Under the pieces are notes generated by a model. It worked only from the letters and a program-made list of their open reading frames with translations, was not told the origin of the DNA and made no database searches. Below, piece after piece: positions 1 to 10,142 of a DNA stretch of 59,183 bases (within the stretch, counting starts at the first letter, position 1; each line of letters begins with the position of its first letter). Position numbers and translations under genes: made by a program. The stretch lies in IMG/VR virus record IMGVR_UViG_3300046791_000370, positions 1 to 59,183 of that record. The stretch is one strand, 5' to 3'. This stretch comes from a virus. Taxonomy: Duplodnaviria > Caudoviricetes.

Positions 1-362
1 ATATACGACACTTTTACTTTTCGGCGCGCAAATCTCCATGAGGAGGGACTTACAGAGTAGTAGATAGAGTAATAGTATAAACACTACACTACACCTCATG
101 TCACGTCATGTGTCATCATGTATGGAGCCCCGGGGGGTGTCACATTTATCACGCATTAGGGGGGCGGAGCGGGTCGAAAAATACTATTTAGCCCTATTTG
201 GCGCGGGACTCTTATTAGCATTGGGACTTCAGCTACTTTCCGGCGTCCTGGGCCTCGAGTCATGTTACCCTTTCTCTCCATGACATGGGCAATAGCATGC
301 CCTATCGGCCGTTTTCGAGCCTTTTCTCTCCCACAGGACTGGCCAGGAGGTAGAATCGGTGC

Positions 363-764
363 ATGAGCAAGATCCTGGACGACCAAGAAGACGCGCAACA
401 CGGACTCGCGAGAGCCCGCCTTGCCCTGGTCAATGCCAACACCGCCATCGCCCGGGCCCAGATCGCCTACGTCAACGCGGTCAAGGGCGTCGAGCACGCC
501 ACTGAGCGCATTGCCTACCGCAAGCGCCTGATGTGGGTCACCATTCGCCGCAATGAGTCCTTCTACTGCATCCTCACGAATGAGGAGCGCAACGTCCTGA
601 TCTTCTCCCTCATGGAGAATGCGCTCATTGCTGCGGCCTCGATCCAACCCCATTTTGCCTGCACTGACCCGAACCACGACCATGGACAACCACGAAATCC
701 TGCGTGCGCTCGTCGAGCGCGTTCTGACCGGAAACAAGGCACCCGTCACCAAGCTGCGCCCTGA
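363..764 (+). CDS. hypothetical protein (N-terminal coiled coil)
   Basis: First ORF after the AT-rich left end; TAGAAT at 351-356 lies 6 nt before the ATG; its 3' part overlaps the next ORF. Confidence 0.6.
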   Translation: MSKILDDQEDAQHGLARARLALVNANTAIARAQIAYVNAVKGVEHATERIAYRKRLMWVTIRRNESFYCILTNEERNVLIFSLMENALIAAASIQPHFACTDPNHDHGQPRNPACARRARSDRKQGTRHQAAP

Positions 765-855
765 CTACGAAGATCAAGCCCGAGCGGCGATCCAGAAGGC
801 GTATGATGCCATCCGCAAGGACCGGCGTGAGCAGGTCAACATGGGGGCGGGGTGA
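682..855 (+). CDS. small hypothetical protein
   Basis: ATG at 682 within ORF 619..855 (MDNHEILRALVERV...); ends 3 nt before the primase start. Confidence 0.55.
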   Translation: MDNHEILRALVERVLTGNKAPVTKLRPDYEDQARAAIQKAYDAIRKDRREQVNMGAG

Positions 856-858
856 CCC

Positions 859-3540
859 ATGCAGCAGCGTGTGACGTATGTGGGCCCGGTCAAGCTCCCG
901 AGTGATAGCCCGTGCATCACCGAGTCCTTGGCCGAGCTGCTGGAGAATCCACAGTCCATCGAGACCAAGTGGGACTGCATGGTGCAGCCCACGGTCGCAT
1001 CCTCATCCGCACACGACTGCCGCACGAATCAGAACACGCCCCGGCGCCTGCACAAGCTCGGCCATACGCTCTCGGCCAGCTATGTCTTCTTTGACCTGGA
1101 CCTGAAGCACCTATATCCCGATCGGGAACGCAACGAGCAAGGCGGGCTGCCCTGGTCCAGCCTCACCCCAGCCGAGCAGGAACAGGCCGAATCGCCCCTG
1201 ACACGCTTCGTCACGGGCTTCGGCAACACCGTGACCTATCGGACTCGGCACGGGCTACGGGCCATCCTCGCCCTGCCTAGTCCAATCCCGATCGGGATCA
1301 CGGGCTCCGCCTACGAGCACCTGACCAACTCACTGTTAGCACTCGCGACCGAGCAAGGACTGACACTGGATGACTCGGTCACCGACTGGACTCATCTCTT
1401 CCGCTTGCCGTTCGCGGACGTGACCGTGAACTACTTCCCGGCCGAGGCCAGCCCGCTGCTGCTCTCGCTCATGAACCGGGCCCTGACGCAGCATCCGCCC
1501 GAGCGCGAGCTGGCCGAGCATGCCAAGCAAGGCTTCCCGGCCCTGCCCACGATGGCCGACGTGGCCATTCCGGCTATCATCGACCCACCATCCGATCTGG
1601 AGCAGGCCCGAACCGCGCTCCCACGCTGGATGCAGGACGCGCTGCCCACCCTCGAACGCTATGACGAGCACCGCAACGTGCGCCTGCTCAAGGGCTCCGA
1701 GTCGGTGGCTAAGGCCCTGGCCATGACGCCCTACTTCACGTTCGGGCACTGTTACCATTTACTCGCCCCGGCCGCGACCACATTCGGTTACGACCAGAGC
1801 GAGCGCGTCCCATATCTTGCGCAGCTCCCGCGCTTCGTGGCCACGGCCATGGCCAGGGCAGAGGCGCATCGGCGAGCCATGGCCACCATGGACGCAGCAG
1901 CATTGCCACCCCGGCCGACTGAGCCTGACGCGAATACGGGCGAGGCGGCGTCACCGGCCGTCGCCCGGGGTGGGATTTTATACGAGGCCGTGCGGACCTA
2001 CCTCCCTGACGTGCCGCCGCTTGATGATATTGGTGTGCTCGTGTGGATGGGCGAGCATCGGCGCTTGATGTTGGCCACGAACCAAGGCGGCAATACCATG
2101 TTCATGCCCTTGGCTCGCGATGGGTTCTACTATCCATTCCCGCAGCCAATCACCACATTGGGCCACGTCATCCGCGAATACAGCTACCCGCGTTTGATCG
2201 CAACGGACTGGGAGATCGACGAGAAGGTCAAGCCCAAGACTCCCAAGCAGCTAGTGGACGAATACTGCACGCTGGTCAACGGCCAGAAGGTGGTCTATGG
2301 CCCACGCGGCTGCTCGCTCCAGTTCGAGAACGGCTTCCCGATGCTGGGCCACAGCCCGATCATCCCCATCGATCATGAGCCCAAGTTCGACGCGGACATC
2401 GACCAGTGGCTGACGGCCATGTTCGCCGAGCGAAAGGACGAGTTCCTGCGCGCATTCATCCCGATCGGTCGCCCTCAGGACGGACCCACGGCCATCGTTG
2501 CTATCATTGGCGCGCGCAAGTCGGGCAAGAACATGCTGGTCCACGGCATCTCTGAGTGGTTCAGCCCCTCCAAGCTAGCCCACCCTAATGCCATCACATC
2601 CGAGTATGAGGATGATCTGTATGATTGCGCCATCATCCACGCCGAGGAGGGCTTCGGCTCGGGCGGCAAGGACCTGGCCGAGAAGCTGCGCCGGTTCACG
2701 GGTGGCGCTCGCAAGCGCATCAATCCCAAGGGCAAGGGCAAGGTCGAGGTCGCGGGCATTCACCGCATGGTGGTGACGGCAAACAACATGGACTGGATGC
2801 AGCTCATGATCGGCGACCGCTCCCTGACCCAGGACGACAAAGAGGCCATTGCGAGTCGTATTGCGATCTTCCATGTGCGGCGCGAGGCATCCATGCTCTT
2901 GGAGTCCAAGAAGCAGCACCAGCACACGAACGGCTGGGTCGCTCACGAGGCAGCTCCGACCGAATACCGGCTCGCTCGCCACCTGGTGGCCGAGATGCAC
3001 CGTCTGTTCACATTCAAGGCCGATGGCAAGCTGGTGCGCGGCGAGGGTCGCTTGCTCTACGACGGTGAGTCCACTCCCGAACTGGATGCGGCGCTCGACA
3101 CGGGCGTGAGCGACACCGAGGCCAATGCGATGATTGGGATCAACGTCATGTTCAGCAGCAACGGCGTGGCCTTCGCGAACTGCTGCGTCGACATGATCCA
3201 CTGGGGCGTGTGGGTCACGGTCTCGGGCGTGATCGAGGCCATGAAGCGCCGCCAGGAGAACACGAGCCCAGTGTGGATCGGTCGCACGTTGAATGCACTG
3301 GCCACAAGCAAGGATCGGATCTTCGGGGCCACGCATCGCTACTTCATCCCGTTCTCGCGCCTGTTCACCAAAGGCTCCTTATACGCAGAATGGACCGGGC
3401 AGATCAAGGAGGCATTCGCGGCGTGGTTCGAGGCCGGCAAGCCTGAGAGCCCGCCTGATACTCAACCTATCGAGCCCGCAGTCCGAACCAAGCCCGCGAT
3501 CGACGTGGCAGCAGACCTCAAGGCAGGGGCTAGGCCATGA
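859..3540 (+). CDS. primase-helicase (AEP/prim-pol N-terminus plus SF3/D5-like NTPase)
   Basis: AEP-type motifs FFDLD, YRTRHGLR, LFRLP; Walker A GARKSGKN, Walker B-like IIHAEE, sensor VVTANN. Confidence 0.85.
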   Translation: MQQRVTYVGPVKLPSDSPCITESLAELLENPQSIETKWDCMVQPTVASSSAHDCRTNQNTPRRLHKLGHTLSASYVFFDLDLKHLYPDRERNEQGGLPWSSLTPAEQEQAESPLTRFVTGFGNTVTYRTRHGLRAILALPSPIPIGITGSAYEHLTNSLLALATEQGLTLDDSVTDWTHLFRLPFADVTVNYFPAEASPLLLSLMNRALTQHPPERELAEHAKQGFPALPTMADVAIPAIIDPPSDLEQARTALPRWMQDALPTLERYDEHRNVRLLKGSESVAKALAMTPYFTFGHCYHLLAPAATTFGYDQSERVPYLAQLPRFVATAMARAEAHRRAMATMDAAALPPRPTEPDANTGEAASPAVARGGILYEAVRTYLPDVPPLDDIGVLVWMGEHRRLMLATNQGGNTMFMPLARDGFYYPFPQPITTLGHVIREYSYPRLIATDWEIDEKVKPKTPKQLVDEYCTLVNGQKVVYGPRGCSLQFENGFPMLGHSPIIPIDHEPKFDADIDQWLTAMFAERKDEFLRAFIPIGRPQDGPTAIVAIIGARKSGKNMLVHGISEWFSPSKLAHPNAITSEYEDDLYDCAIIHAEEGFGSGGKDLAEKLRRFTGGARKRINPKGKGKVEVAGIHRMVVTANNMDWMQLMIGDRSLTQDDKEAIASRIAIFHVRREASMLLESKKQHQHTNGWVAHEAAPTEYRLARHLVAEMHRLFTFKADGKLVRGEGRLLYDGESTPELDAALDTGVSDTEANAMIGINVMFSSNGVAFANCCVDMIHWGVWVTVSGVIEAMKRRQENTSPVWIGRTLNALATSKDRIFGATHRYFIPFSRLFTKGSLYAEWTGQIKEAFAAWFEAGKPESPPDTQPIEPAVRTKPAIDVAADLKAGARP

Positions 3541-5468
3541 ACTCATACTCGATCAGTCGGGTCACCACGGCCGAGTCCTGCACCCGCAAGTGGATGGGCG
3601 AGAGCGTCTACAAGCTGCCCATCAAGATGGACCGCAGCTCATTCACATTCGGCACGGTCATGCACGCGCAGATCGAGAACTACCTGCTCGGGCGCCCGAT
3701 GTATGACGGGGACTGGATGAAGGTCACCGAGAACGACGGCAGCGTCTGGCGCCTGGCACCATACGAGGGCGACACGATCAAAGCCCTCATTGCGACCGGC
3801 CTAGACCACGGCGTGATCGTGCGCCCGCCCGAGATGCAGGTCGAGCACGCATTCGAGTTCCCGCTGCCGGGCCTCGGCAAGTTCACGGGCAAGATCGACG
3901 TTCTCCATCGGGACGGCGTGCAGGACCACAAGAGCGCGGGCACTACGACCTATCTCGTGGCGCAGAACAAGCTGGCCAACAACATCCAGTTGATGGCATA
4001 TGCGCTCGTCTACTTCGAGAAGTATCCCGACGCCGACGAGTGCGAGATTCGGCACAACAACTTCGTGAAGACCGGCTACGTTGACAAGCGGCCGGCGACC
4101 GTGACTCGTGCCCAGGTCGAGAGCATGTGGCAGACCAGGATCATGCCCATCATGCAGCGCATGCACGAGGCCCGCACACAGTATCCTTTTGAGACTGACT
4201 TTCTGAAGGTGCCAGGACCCCACGAGGCCGGCATTTGCGGAAAGTATCGTGGCTGCCCATTCAGGCGAATCTGTGGGCGAGCCGAGACCGTCGAGCAATA
4301 CCGCAGTCGCATGGAGTATGCTCCCACGACACCCGATTCAAAACCAACAGAACAACTACCCATGACTCGTTTCGCACGTGCCGCAGCCGCTTCCACCACG
4401 ACCGCTCCCACTCCGCCACCGGCCCCGCCCGCGGCGGTCACCCCGCCCAAGGCCAAGCCCGAGAGCCAGGCCGATCGCCTCGCGCGGCTCCAGCGCGAGA
4501 AGGTAGCGGCCGTGGCGTCCAGTGCGGTGGCCATGGCTTCCGCTGGGGCTCCGCAAGCCGATGAGCTGACGCCCTCACCCGTCGCGGCGCCGAGCGGCCC
4601 GCCCATCGTGGACGTCGAGGGCGTGACGATCGTGCCCGTGGTCCAGGCGCCCGTGCAGGGCATGGACAACAACCTGCTGGCGCCCTGGCGGAATCCGACC
4701 TGCGGGAACACGAACTGCCGGGCTCGAGGATATACGGACGACGGCAAGATGTGCGTCGGCTGCGCGGGCTACTACAAGCGCGAGACCAACGTGGACGCCT
4801 CGGACTTCTTCAAGAAGGGCTACCCTCGCGGTAGGCTCCAGTGGGTGGTCGACGGCAAGACCTACGAGCTGGACCTGGAGAAGGGCGCCGTGAAGGGCAA
4901 GGACAAGCCCCCGGTGGCCGCTGCGCCCACGCAGACCACGCCCCTGGCCTCGGCGCCCGCCGAGAAGGCAGCCGCTGCTGCGGCCTCCCAGCCGGCTCCC
5001 AAGCCCCGCTCGGCCGGCGACGAGATGGCTGACCAGCTCCAGGCCGAGCTGGACCAGATCACCGAGCCGCCACCGCCGGTCCAGCCCCCGCCCGCTGCGG
5101 AGGCCCTGCGCGGCGCCGGCCCCATCCCGATCGAGCAGGTCGAGCTGGACGTCAAGGGCCTGCTCCCGATCGCCCTGATGCGCGGTGTGACCCACACGCG
5201 GCAGATCGCGATCCGCGGCACGGTCGACGCCCAGCTCCTGTTCCGCGAGCTGGCCATCAAGCTGGCGAAGGCGGGCAAGGTCGAGTCCTACTACAGCCTC
5301 GATACCTGGAAGCGCCGCGACGCGCTCAAGGTCGAGGTCTTGGCCGCGCTGAAGACGATCCCGCCCGGCACCCTGGTCCTGGCCCCACATCGGGGCGATG
5401 CGGACCTGGACGCGATGGTGGACGTCATCGAGACCAACTCCTGTGATACCTTTCAGGGAACCAAGTGA
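3537..5468 (+). CDS. PD-(D/E)XK Cas4/AddB-like exonuclease with long Pro/Ala-rich C-terminal extension and Cys cluster
   Basis: FGTVMHAQIE, GKID...DHKS, QLMAYA; Cys pattern ESC ... CGKYRGCPFRRIC. Confidence 0.85.
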   Translation: MNSYSISRVTTAESCTRKWMGESVYKLPIKMDRSSFTFGTVMHAQIENYLLGRPMYDGDWMKVTENDGSVWRLAPYEGDTIKALIATGLDHGVIVRPPEMQVEHAFEFPLPGLGKFTGKIDVLHRDGVQDHKSAGTTTYLVAQNKLANNIQLMAYALVYFEKYPDADECEIRHNNFVKTGYVDKRPATVTRAQVESMWQTRIMPIMQRMHEARTQYPFETDFLKVPGPHEAGICGKYRGCPFRRICGRAETVEQYRSRMEYAPTTPDSKPTEQLPMTRFARAAAASTTTAPTPPPAPPAAVTPPKAKPESQADRLARLQREKVAAVASSAVAMASAGAPQADELTPSPVAAPSGPPIVDVEGVTIVPVVQAPVQGMDNNLLAPWRNPTCGNTNCRARGYTDDGKMCVGCAGYYKRETNVDASDFFKKGYPRGRLQWVVDGKTYELDLEKGAVKGKDKPPVAAAPTQTTPLASAPAEKAAAAAASQPAPKPRSAGDEMADQLQAELDQITEPPPPVQPPPAAEALRGAGPIPIEQVELDVKGLLPIALMRGVTHTRQIAIRGTVDAQLLFRELAIKLAKAGKVESYYSLDTWKRRDALKVEVLAALKTIPPGTLVLAPHRGDADLDAMVDVIETNSCDTFQGTK

Positions 5469-6592
5469 CACCAATGAACACGCTCACGCTCAAGACTTCT
5501 CTCCGCTCTACCATCACCGACGTCTTCCCGGGCCTGAACCCCGCGCTCGTCGACAGGCTCTGCGACAGGATCGCGGAGGGCTTCAAGCCGGTCCCGAAGA
5601 CCTGGAAGACCGCGCAGGCCATGCTCGACGGCCAGGCTGCGGGCCACAAGGAGGAGGTCGCCAAGCTCCGCGAGGAGAACCTGGCGCTCACCCGCAAGTC
5701 CGAGGTCGCGATCAACGACTACAAGAACGTCCTGCGCAAGGTCGCGAAGGAGATCGAGGGCGCACGCGAAGCGATCCTGGAGAGGGGCAGCTTCGATCCG
5801 ATGATCTCTCTCGGTGACAACATCCGGCGCATCGGCGTCCGCACGTTCAGCGGCGGCCCGCTCAACACGCCGAGCACCGCCTGGGCGCGGCACGCGATCG
5901 GCCAGGGCGCGAACGAATACGTGAGCCCATCGACCGATCCGGTGCTCAAGCAGGAGCAGTCGACGGCTTCCTACCTCCTCCGCCAGGTCCGGCAGACGCT
6001 GTCGGCGGCCGGCATCGAGGAGCGCACCTATGGCCGGACCCGGCTCACGTCTGAGATGCTCACGGATGCTATCCAGGCAGTCAAGGAGCGCAAGGCCATC
6101 GGCCAGAAGCTATCCGCGAACTGCCCGGTCGCGCTCCCCACGAGCGTGCCCCAGCACACGGAGGAGCTGATCAAGCGCTACAATGAGGCCAACGAGACGA
6201 TCCGGCAGCTCCGCGCGGGCAACAAGGAGCCGTCCCTGGCCAAGACGGTCAAGGATGCGATCACGCGCGGCGGCGAGTTCTTCAGCCCCGACCGCGAGAC
6301 GGCGGCCGAGCTGGTCGTCCGGTTCATGGGCGACGTGGTCAAGCAGGAGGACGCGCTCGGCCGCGAGCGCCAGCAGAACCTGGACCTGGTCAGCGCGAAC
6401 AACTCGCTGCGGAACGACGTGCAGATCCTCACGCGCAGATCGCGCGGGCTCAGCAGCGGGCCGACGATCGCGATCGGCGCGAACAACGCGCAGCTCATCA
6501 AGGACCAGATGGAGCGTATCCGCTGCTTGGAGCAGTTCAACGCTGGCCTGGCCGAGAAGCTGGAGACCGTGCGCAAGTCGGTGGGCCTGTGA
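5465..6592 (+). CDS. hypothetical coiled-coil protein
   Basis: 375-aa ORF with 4-nt overlaps on both sides and genome-typical codon bias. Confidence 0.75.
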   Translation: MTPMNTLTLKTSLRSTITDVFPGLNPALVDRLCDRIAEGFKPVPKTWKTAQAMLDGQAAGHKEEVAKLREENLALTRKSEVAINDYKNVLRKVAKEIEGAREAILERGSFDPMISLGDNIRRIGVRTFSGGPLNTPSTAWARHAIGQGANEYVSPSTDPVLKQEQSTASYLLRQVRQTLSAAGIEERTYGRTRLTSEMLTDAIQAVKERKAIGQKLSANCPVALPTSVPQHTEELIKRYNEANETIRQLRAGNKEPSLAKTVKDAITRGGEFFSPDRETAAELVVRFMGDVVKQEDALGRERQQNLDLVSANNSLRNDVQILTRRSRGLSSGPTIAIGANNAQLIKDQMERIRCLEQFNAGLAEKLETVRKSVGL

Positions 6593-6990
6593 GCCCCCGC
6601 ACGCTCCTGATCGTGGCCCTGGTTCACGGCTCCCTCGCGGGCCGTGAGCTGCGGCTGGAGGACTTGGAGAACGACGCTCAGGTCGAGCGGCTGCGCGAGA
6701 TCGCGGATCGCATCCTGGACGAGGTCGCCGAGCAGGATGGCAGCGCGCCGACCGACACGCCCCGCAACCTGCGGGACGCGGGCAAGCTCAAGGAGAAGAG
6801 CAAGGAGGCCGAGGAGGCACTGGAGGACGCGGAGCGCGCGGCGCCCGACCACCGGTTCGTCAAGTCGTGCCGGGAGTGGTATCGCGAGAATGGGTTCCTG
6901 ACGCCGAAGCAGATCGCGGCGCTGGACAAGTTCTCGGACGCCGCAGACCGCGACGACGAGCGCACGGATTACGGTGAAATCCCGTTCTGA
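6589..6990 (+). CDS. hypothetical protein with SSB-like acidic C-terminal tail (DYGEIPF)
   Basis: Coupled ORF ending DDERTDYGEIPF. Confidence 0.7.
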   Translation: MSPRTLLIVALVHGSLAGRELRLEDLENDAQVERLREIADRILDEVAEQDGSAPTDTPRNLRDAGKLKEKSKEAEEALEDAERAAPDHRFVKSCREWYRENGFLTPKQIAALDKFSDAADRDDERTDYGEIPF

Positions 6991-6993
6991 TCC

Positions 6994-7464
6994 ATGAACC
7001 CGGCGCAGAAGCGGGCCTACATGCGAGCATGGTGGAAGGCCCATCCCGGATACAAGCGCAAATACTACAAAGCCAATGCGAAACGTATCCGGGAGCAGTC
7101 TTGTGACCAACAACGTCGCTCGAAGTATGGGCTTGAGCCCGAAGATTTCGCCGCGTTGTGGACTTTCGAGGGTGGAGTCTGCGCGATCTGTGGCACGGAT
7201 CGGACTCTGGTAGTCGACCATGATCATGCGACGGGTAAGGTCCGTGGTCTGCTGTGTAGTCTACACAATCGCATGCTTGGCCATGCTCATGACGATCTTC
7301 AGACGCTCCAATCGGCCGTGAAATACCTCAATGAACGATCCCAAGGTTGCCCGATACTTCGCAGAACAGCATTACCACGGCCGTGCAAAGCCCATGCCCG
7401 TCGTCGAGCTGGAGCGAATCCTCGGCCTGCCGCTCGTGCCAGAAGTAGACGAAGACGACGCTGA
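6994..7464 (+). CDS. endonuclease VII-family (His-Me finger) nuclease, probable homing endonuclease
   Basis: KYGL..., CAICG, LVVDHDHATGKVRGLLCSLHN..LG; lower GC than the flanks. Confidence 0.85.
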   Translation: MNPAQKRAYMRAWWKAHPGYKRKYYKANAKRIREQSCDQQRRSKYGLEPEDFAALWTFEGGVCAICGTDRTLVVDHDHATGKVRGLLCSLHNRMLGHAHDDLQTLQSAVKYLNERSQGCPILRRTALPRPCKAHARRRAGANPRPAARARSRRRRR

Positions 7465-9409
7465 GGTCTTCTCCATCGAGCGGATGAGGCCCGATGCTTA
7501 TGCCGCGACCGACGACTCGGGCAAGCCCTTGTGGCGCATCAACCCCACCCAGGTCGGGATGGTGCAGTCATACCTGGACTATGGCGGCGGCTTCTTCCCC
7601 GTGGGCACCGGCTTCGGCAAGACGCTTGCGTCGTTCCTTATTGCGAACGAGGCGTTCAAGCACGGCATCAAGAAGATCCTCCTCCTGATCCCGGCCAACG
7701 CGGCGCCACAGACCGCGCTCCAGCAGCTACCGTTCGCGCGCAAGCTCGTCGAGCTGAGCCTGAACAACATCCACTTCTTCTACGGCCGGCCGTGGGACTC
7801 GCGGCTGTCGATTGCCAAGACGGGCGGCGCCGGGCTCTACATCGTCAACTACTCCCACATCTCGGCCCAGTCCGGCGTCGATCTGCTGGCCATGCTCCAG
7901 CCCGAGCTGGTCATCGCGGACGAGGCCCACATGCTGGGCAACCCGCGCTCGGGCGTGGGAAAGAAGGTGATGTCGATGCTGGACGAGATGGGCCCCCAGT
8001 TCGTGGCCATGTCGGGCACGATGGCCAAGAAGAAGCTCCGACAGATGCACCACCTGATGATGCGCGCGCTCCATGACCGCAGCCCGCTGCCCAAGACAAT
8101 GTCAACACTGGAGTCGTGGTCGGTCCATCTGGACTCGCACGCGACGGGTGACGTGGAGGAGATGCCCGAGTCCCTGTCCCCACTCGTCAACTGGGCCAAG
8201 TTACATTATCCGGGCGAGACTTTTAACCCGACCACGTCCGACCTGCGCCGGGCCTTCCAGCTCCGCCTGCACTCCGCGCCGGGCGTGATCGCGACGAAGG
8301 GTGAGTCGGTGGGCACGTCGCTCTACATCGAGAACCGGCCGGTCGAGGGCCTGGAGAAGTCCAAGGGCTGGGACGTCGTCAAGCAGACTTTGGAGGACGT
8401 CGAGATTTGGATGAAGACGCCAGATGGGGACGAGCTGGAGCACAAGATGCTCACGTTCAAGTGGCGGCACGAGCTGAACGCGGGCGGGCACAACTCACTC
8501 TACTGGCCGACGCCCGAGCACATGGTGAAGTTCAAGACCGCGGACTCCACTGGACACGCGGCCGAGCTGATCATGAAGAGCCAGCTCTATCACAAGGCCC
8601 TCCAGAGATATCACTCGGTGCTGCGCGAGTTCCTGAAGACTTCGTCTATCGGCCTAGACACGCCTCGCGATGTCGCGCGCTCGATCGAGAAGGATCGCAC
8701 CCGCTACGTGCCCGAGGAAGTGGTCGAGGCATGGGACGAGAAGGAGGAGCTGGACTTCCCCGAGCGGGTCGAGCGGCTCCGGCGCTACGTGCGCCACTCG
8801 TCGGCCAAGATCGACGCGGCGCTGGACTGGGCCCATGAGCAGAAGGGCGGCTGCATCATCTGGTATTGGAACACGGGCCTAGGCAAGTGGGCCACCGAGA
8901 TCGGCGAGGCCCGCGACCAGGACGTGCTCTTCTGCCCGGCCGGCGCGGAGGCCAACGAGGCCATCGTCGATCCACTGAACGCGAGCAAAGTCGTCATTGC
9001 CTCGATCAAGGCGCACGGCACGGCCAAGAACTTGCAGCATTTCGGCAACCAATACTTCATCCAGATCAGCCGCGATGCGAGCGACATGGAGCAGACGATC
9101 TCGCGCACGCACCGCCAGGGCCAGCTCCGTGACTCGCTCGTGATCACCACAAACCTGACCACGGCCTTTGACCACATCAACTACGGGGCCATGATCAACG
9201 ATGCGATCTTCGCGCAGCAGACCCTGGGCCAGCGCCAGCGCGTGGTCTTCGCGACCTACAATCCCCTGCCCGAAATCTTCTCGCCCGAGTTCCTGAAGGA
9301 GCAGGGGATGACCCCGGCCATGCTGTCGAAGGAGCAGCGCGAGATGATCACGACCCGATTCGGAGGTTTTTCAGATCCAAAACTTGACAACTCCCGAAAG
9401 GCGGGATAG
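7331..9409 (+). CDS. SF2 (SNF2-like) DNA helicase
   Basis: GTGFGKT (motif I), IADEAH (II), MSGT (III), QTISRTHRQGQ (VI). Confidence 0.9.
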   Translation: MNDPKVARYFAEQHYHGRAKPMPVVELERILGLPLVPEVDEDDAEVFSIERMRPDAYAATDDSGKPLWRINPTQVGMVQSYLDYGGGFFPVGTGFGKTLASFLIANEAFKHGIKKILLLIPANAAPQTALQQLPFARKLVELSLNNIHFFYGRPWDSRLSIAKTGGAGLYIVNYSHISAQSGVDLLAMLQPELVIADEAHMLGNPRSGVGKKVMSMLDEMGPQFVAMSGTMAKKKLRQMHHLMMRALHDRSPLPKTMSTLESWSVHLDSHATGDVEEMPESLSPLVNWAKLHYPGETFNPTTSDLRRAFQLRLHSAPGVIATKGESVGTSLYIENRPVEGLEKSKGWDVVKQTLEDVEIWMKTPDGDELEHKMLTFKWRHELNAGGHNSLYWPTPEHMVKFKTADSTGHAAELIMKSQLYHKALQRYHSVLREFLKTSSIGLDTPRDVARSIEKDRTRYVPEEVVEAWDEKEELDFPERVERLRRYVRHSSAKIDAALDWAHEQKGGCIIWYWNTGLGKWATEIGEARDQDVLFCPAGAEANEAIVDPLNASKVVIASIKAHGTAKNLQHFGNQYFIQISRDASDMEQTISRTHRQGQLRDSLVITTNLTTAFDHINYGAMINDAIFAQQTLGQRQRVVFATYNPLPEIFSPEFLKEQGMTPAMLSKEQREMITTRFGGFSDPKLDNSRKAG

Positions 9410-9412
9410 TCT
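9384..9412 (+). promoter_or_regulatory. sigma70-type promoter upstream of the SSB-like gene and RNA cassette
   Basis: TTGACA (9384-9389), 17-nt spacer, TAGTCT (9407-9412). Confidence 0.65.
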
Positions 9413-9454
9413 GGAAGGTCGGCGCTCACTGCGCCATTCAACAACAAAATCAAC

Positions 9455-10072
9455 ATGACGACTCCAGCTCAGAACAAGCACACGACTGCGGACGTATCCG
9501 CGGCTGCTGCCGATATCCTCGGCGCCAAGAAGCTCGGCGCGGCCCGCGCGCTCCCCGGCCGCTACATCGTGCGGCTCGACCGCAACGGTCTGGCCGACTC
9601 GACCCGCGAGACCGGCAAGGTGCTCTACCGCGTCGAGGGCACGGTTCTCCAAGTCCTGGAGAACGAGGACAGCCACAACAAGGGCCTGAAGATGGGCACC
9701 CACGCGGTCGGCGAGCAAATCTCGACCGTGTTCAAGTTCGCCCCGGACAAGAACGGCTATGGCCGCTCCGAGATCCAGGCGTTCATCAAGCTCGTCTTCG
9801 GCGTCACGGACGAGCGCTTCGCCGAGATGAACAAGGAAGTCACCGACGCGATGAGCCTCGACAAGTCGACGCTCAGCCCGAGCGCGGTCGAGCTGGTGGC
9901 CTATCTGCTCTACGACATGAAGGCGGCGACGCCGAACACGATCATGCGCGGTGGCGAGCGGAAGGAGCCCTTCGTGAAGGTCAAGTTCGTGCGGGTCGTC
10001 GGAGCCGAGGAGCTGCGCAAGATCACCGGTATCGAGAAGTTCTATACCGAGGAGCAGTTGCAGGCACTGTGA
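9455..10072 (+). CDS. putative single-stranded DNA-binding protein
   Basis: Position between helicase and polymerase, own promoter, beta-rich sequence (LPGRYIVRL, FVKVKF); function inferred from synteny. Confidence 0.5.
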   Translation: MTTPAQNKHTTADVSAAAADILGAKKLGAARALPGRYIVRLDRNGLADSTRETGKVLYRVEGTVLQVLENEDSHNKGLKMGTHAVGEQISTVFKFAPDKNGYGRSEIQAFIKLVFGVTDERFAEMNKEVTDAMSLDKSTLSPSAVELVAYLLYDMKAATPNTIMRGGERKEPFVKVKFVRVVGAEELRKITGIEKFYTEEQLQAL

Positions 10073-10142
10073 TCAATCGGGACCGCAGCGTCCCGTCGCT
10101 ATTGCGAGAAGCTGCCCGTGGTCCCTGGCTGGGCCTTGCATG

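Noticed and set aside
3537-4310. Cas4-like gene as a sign of a CRISPR-Cas system
   Set aside because: No repeat-spacer array or other cas genes; solo Cas4-like nucleases are common in phage replication modules.
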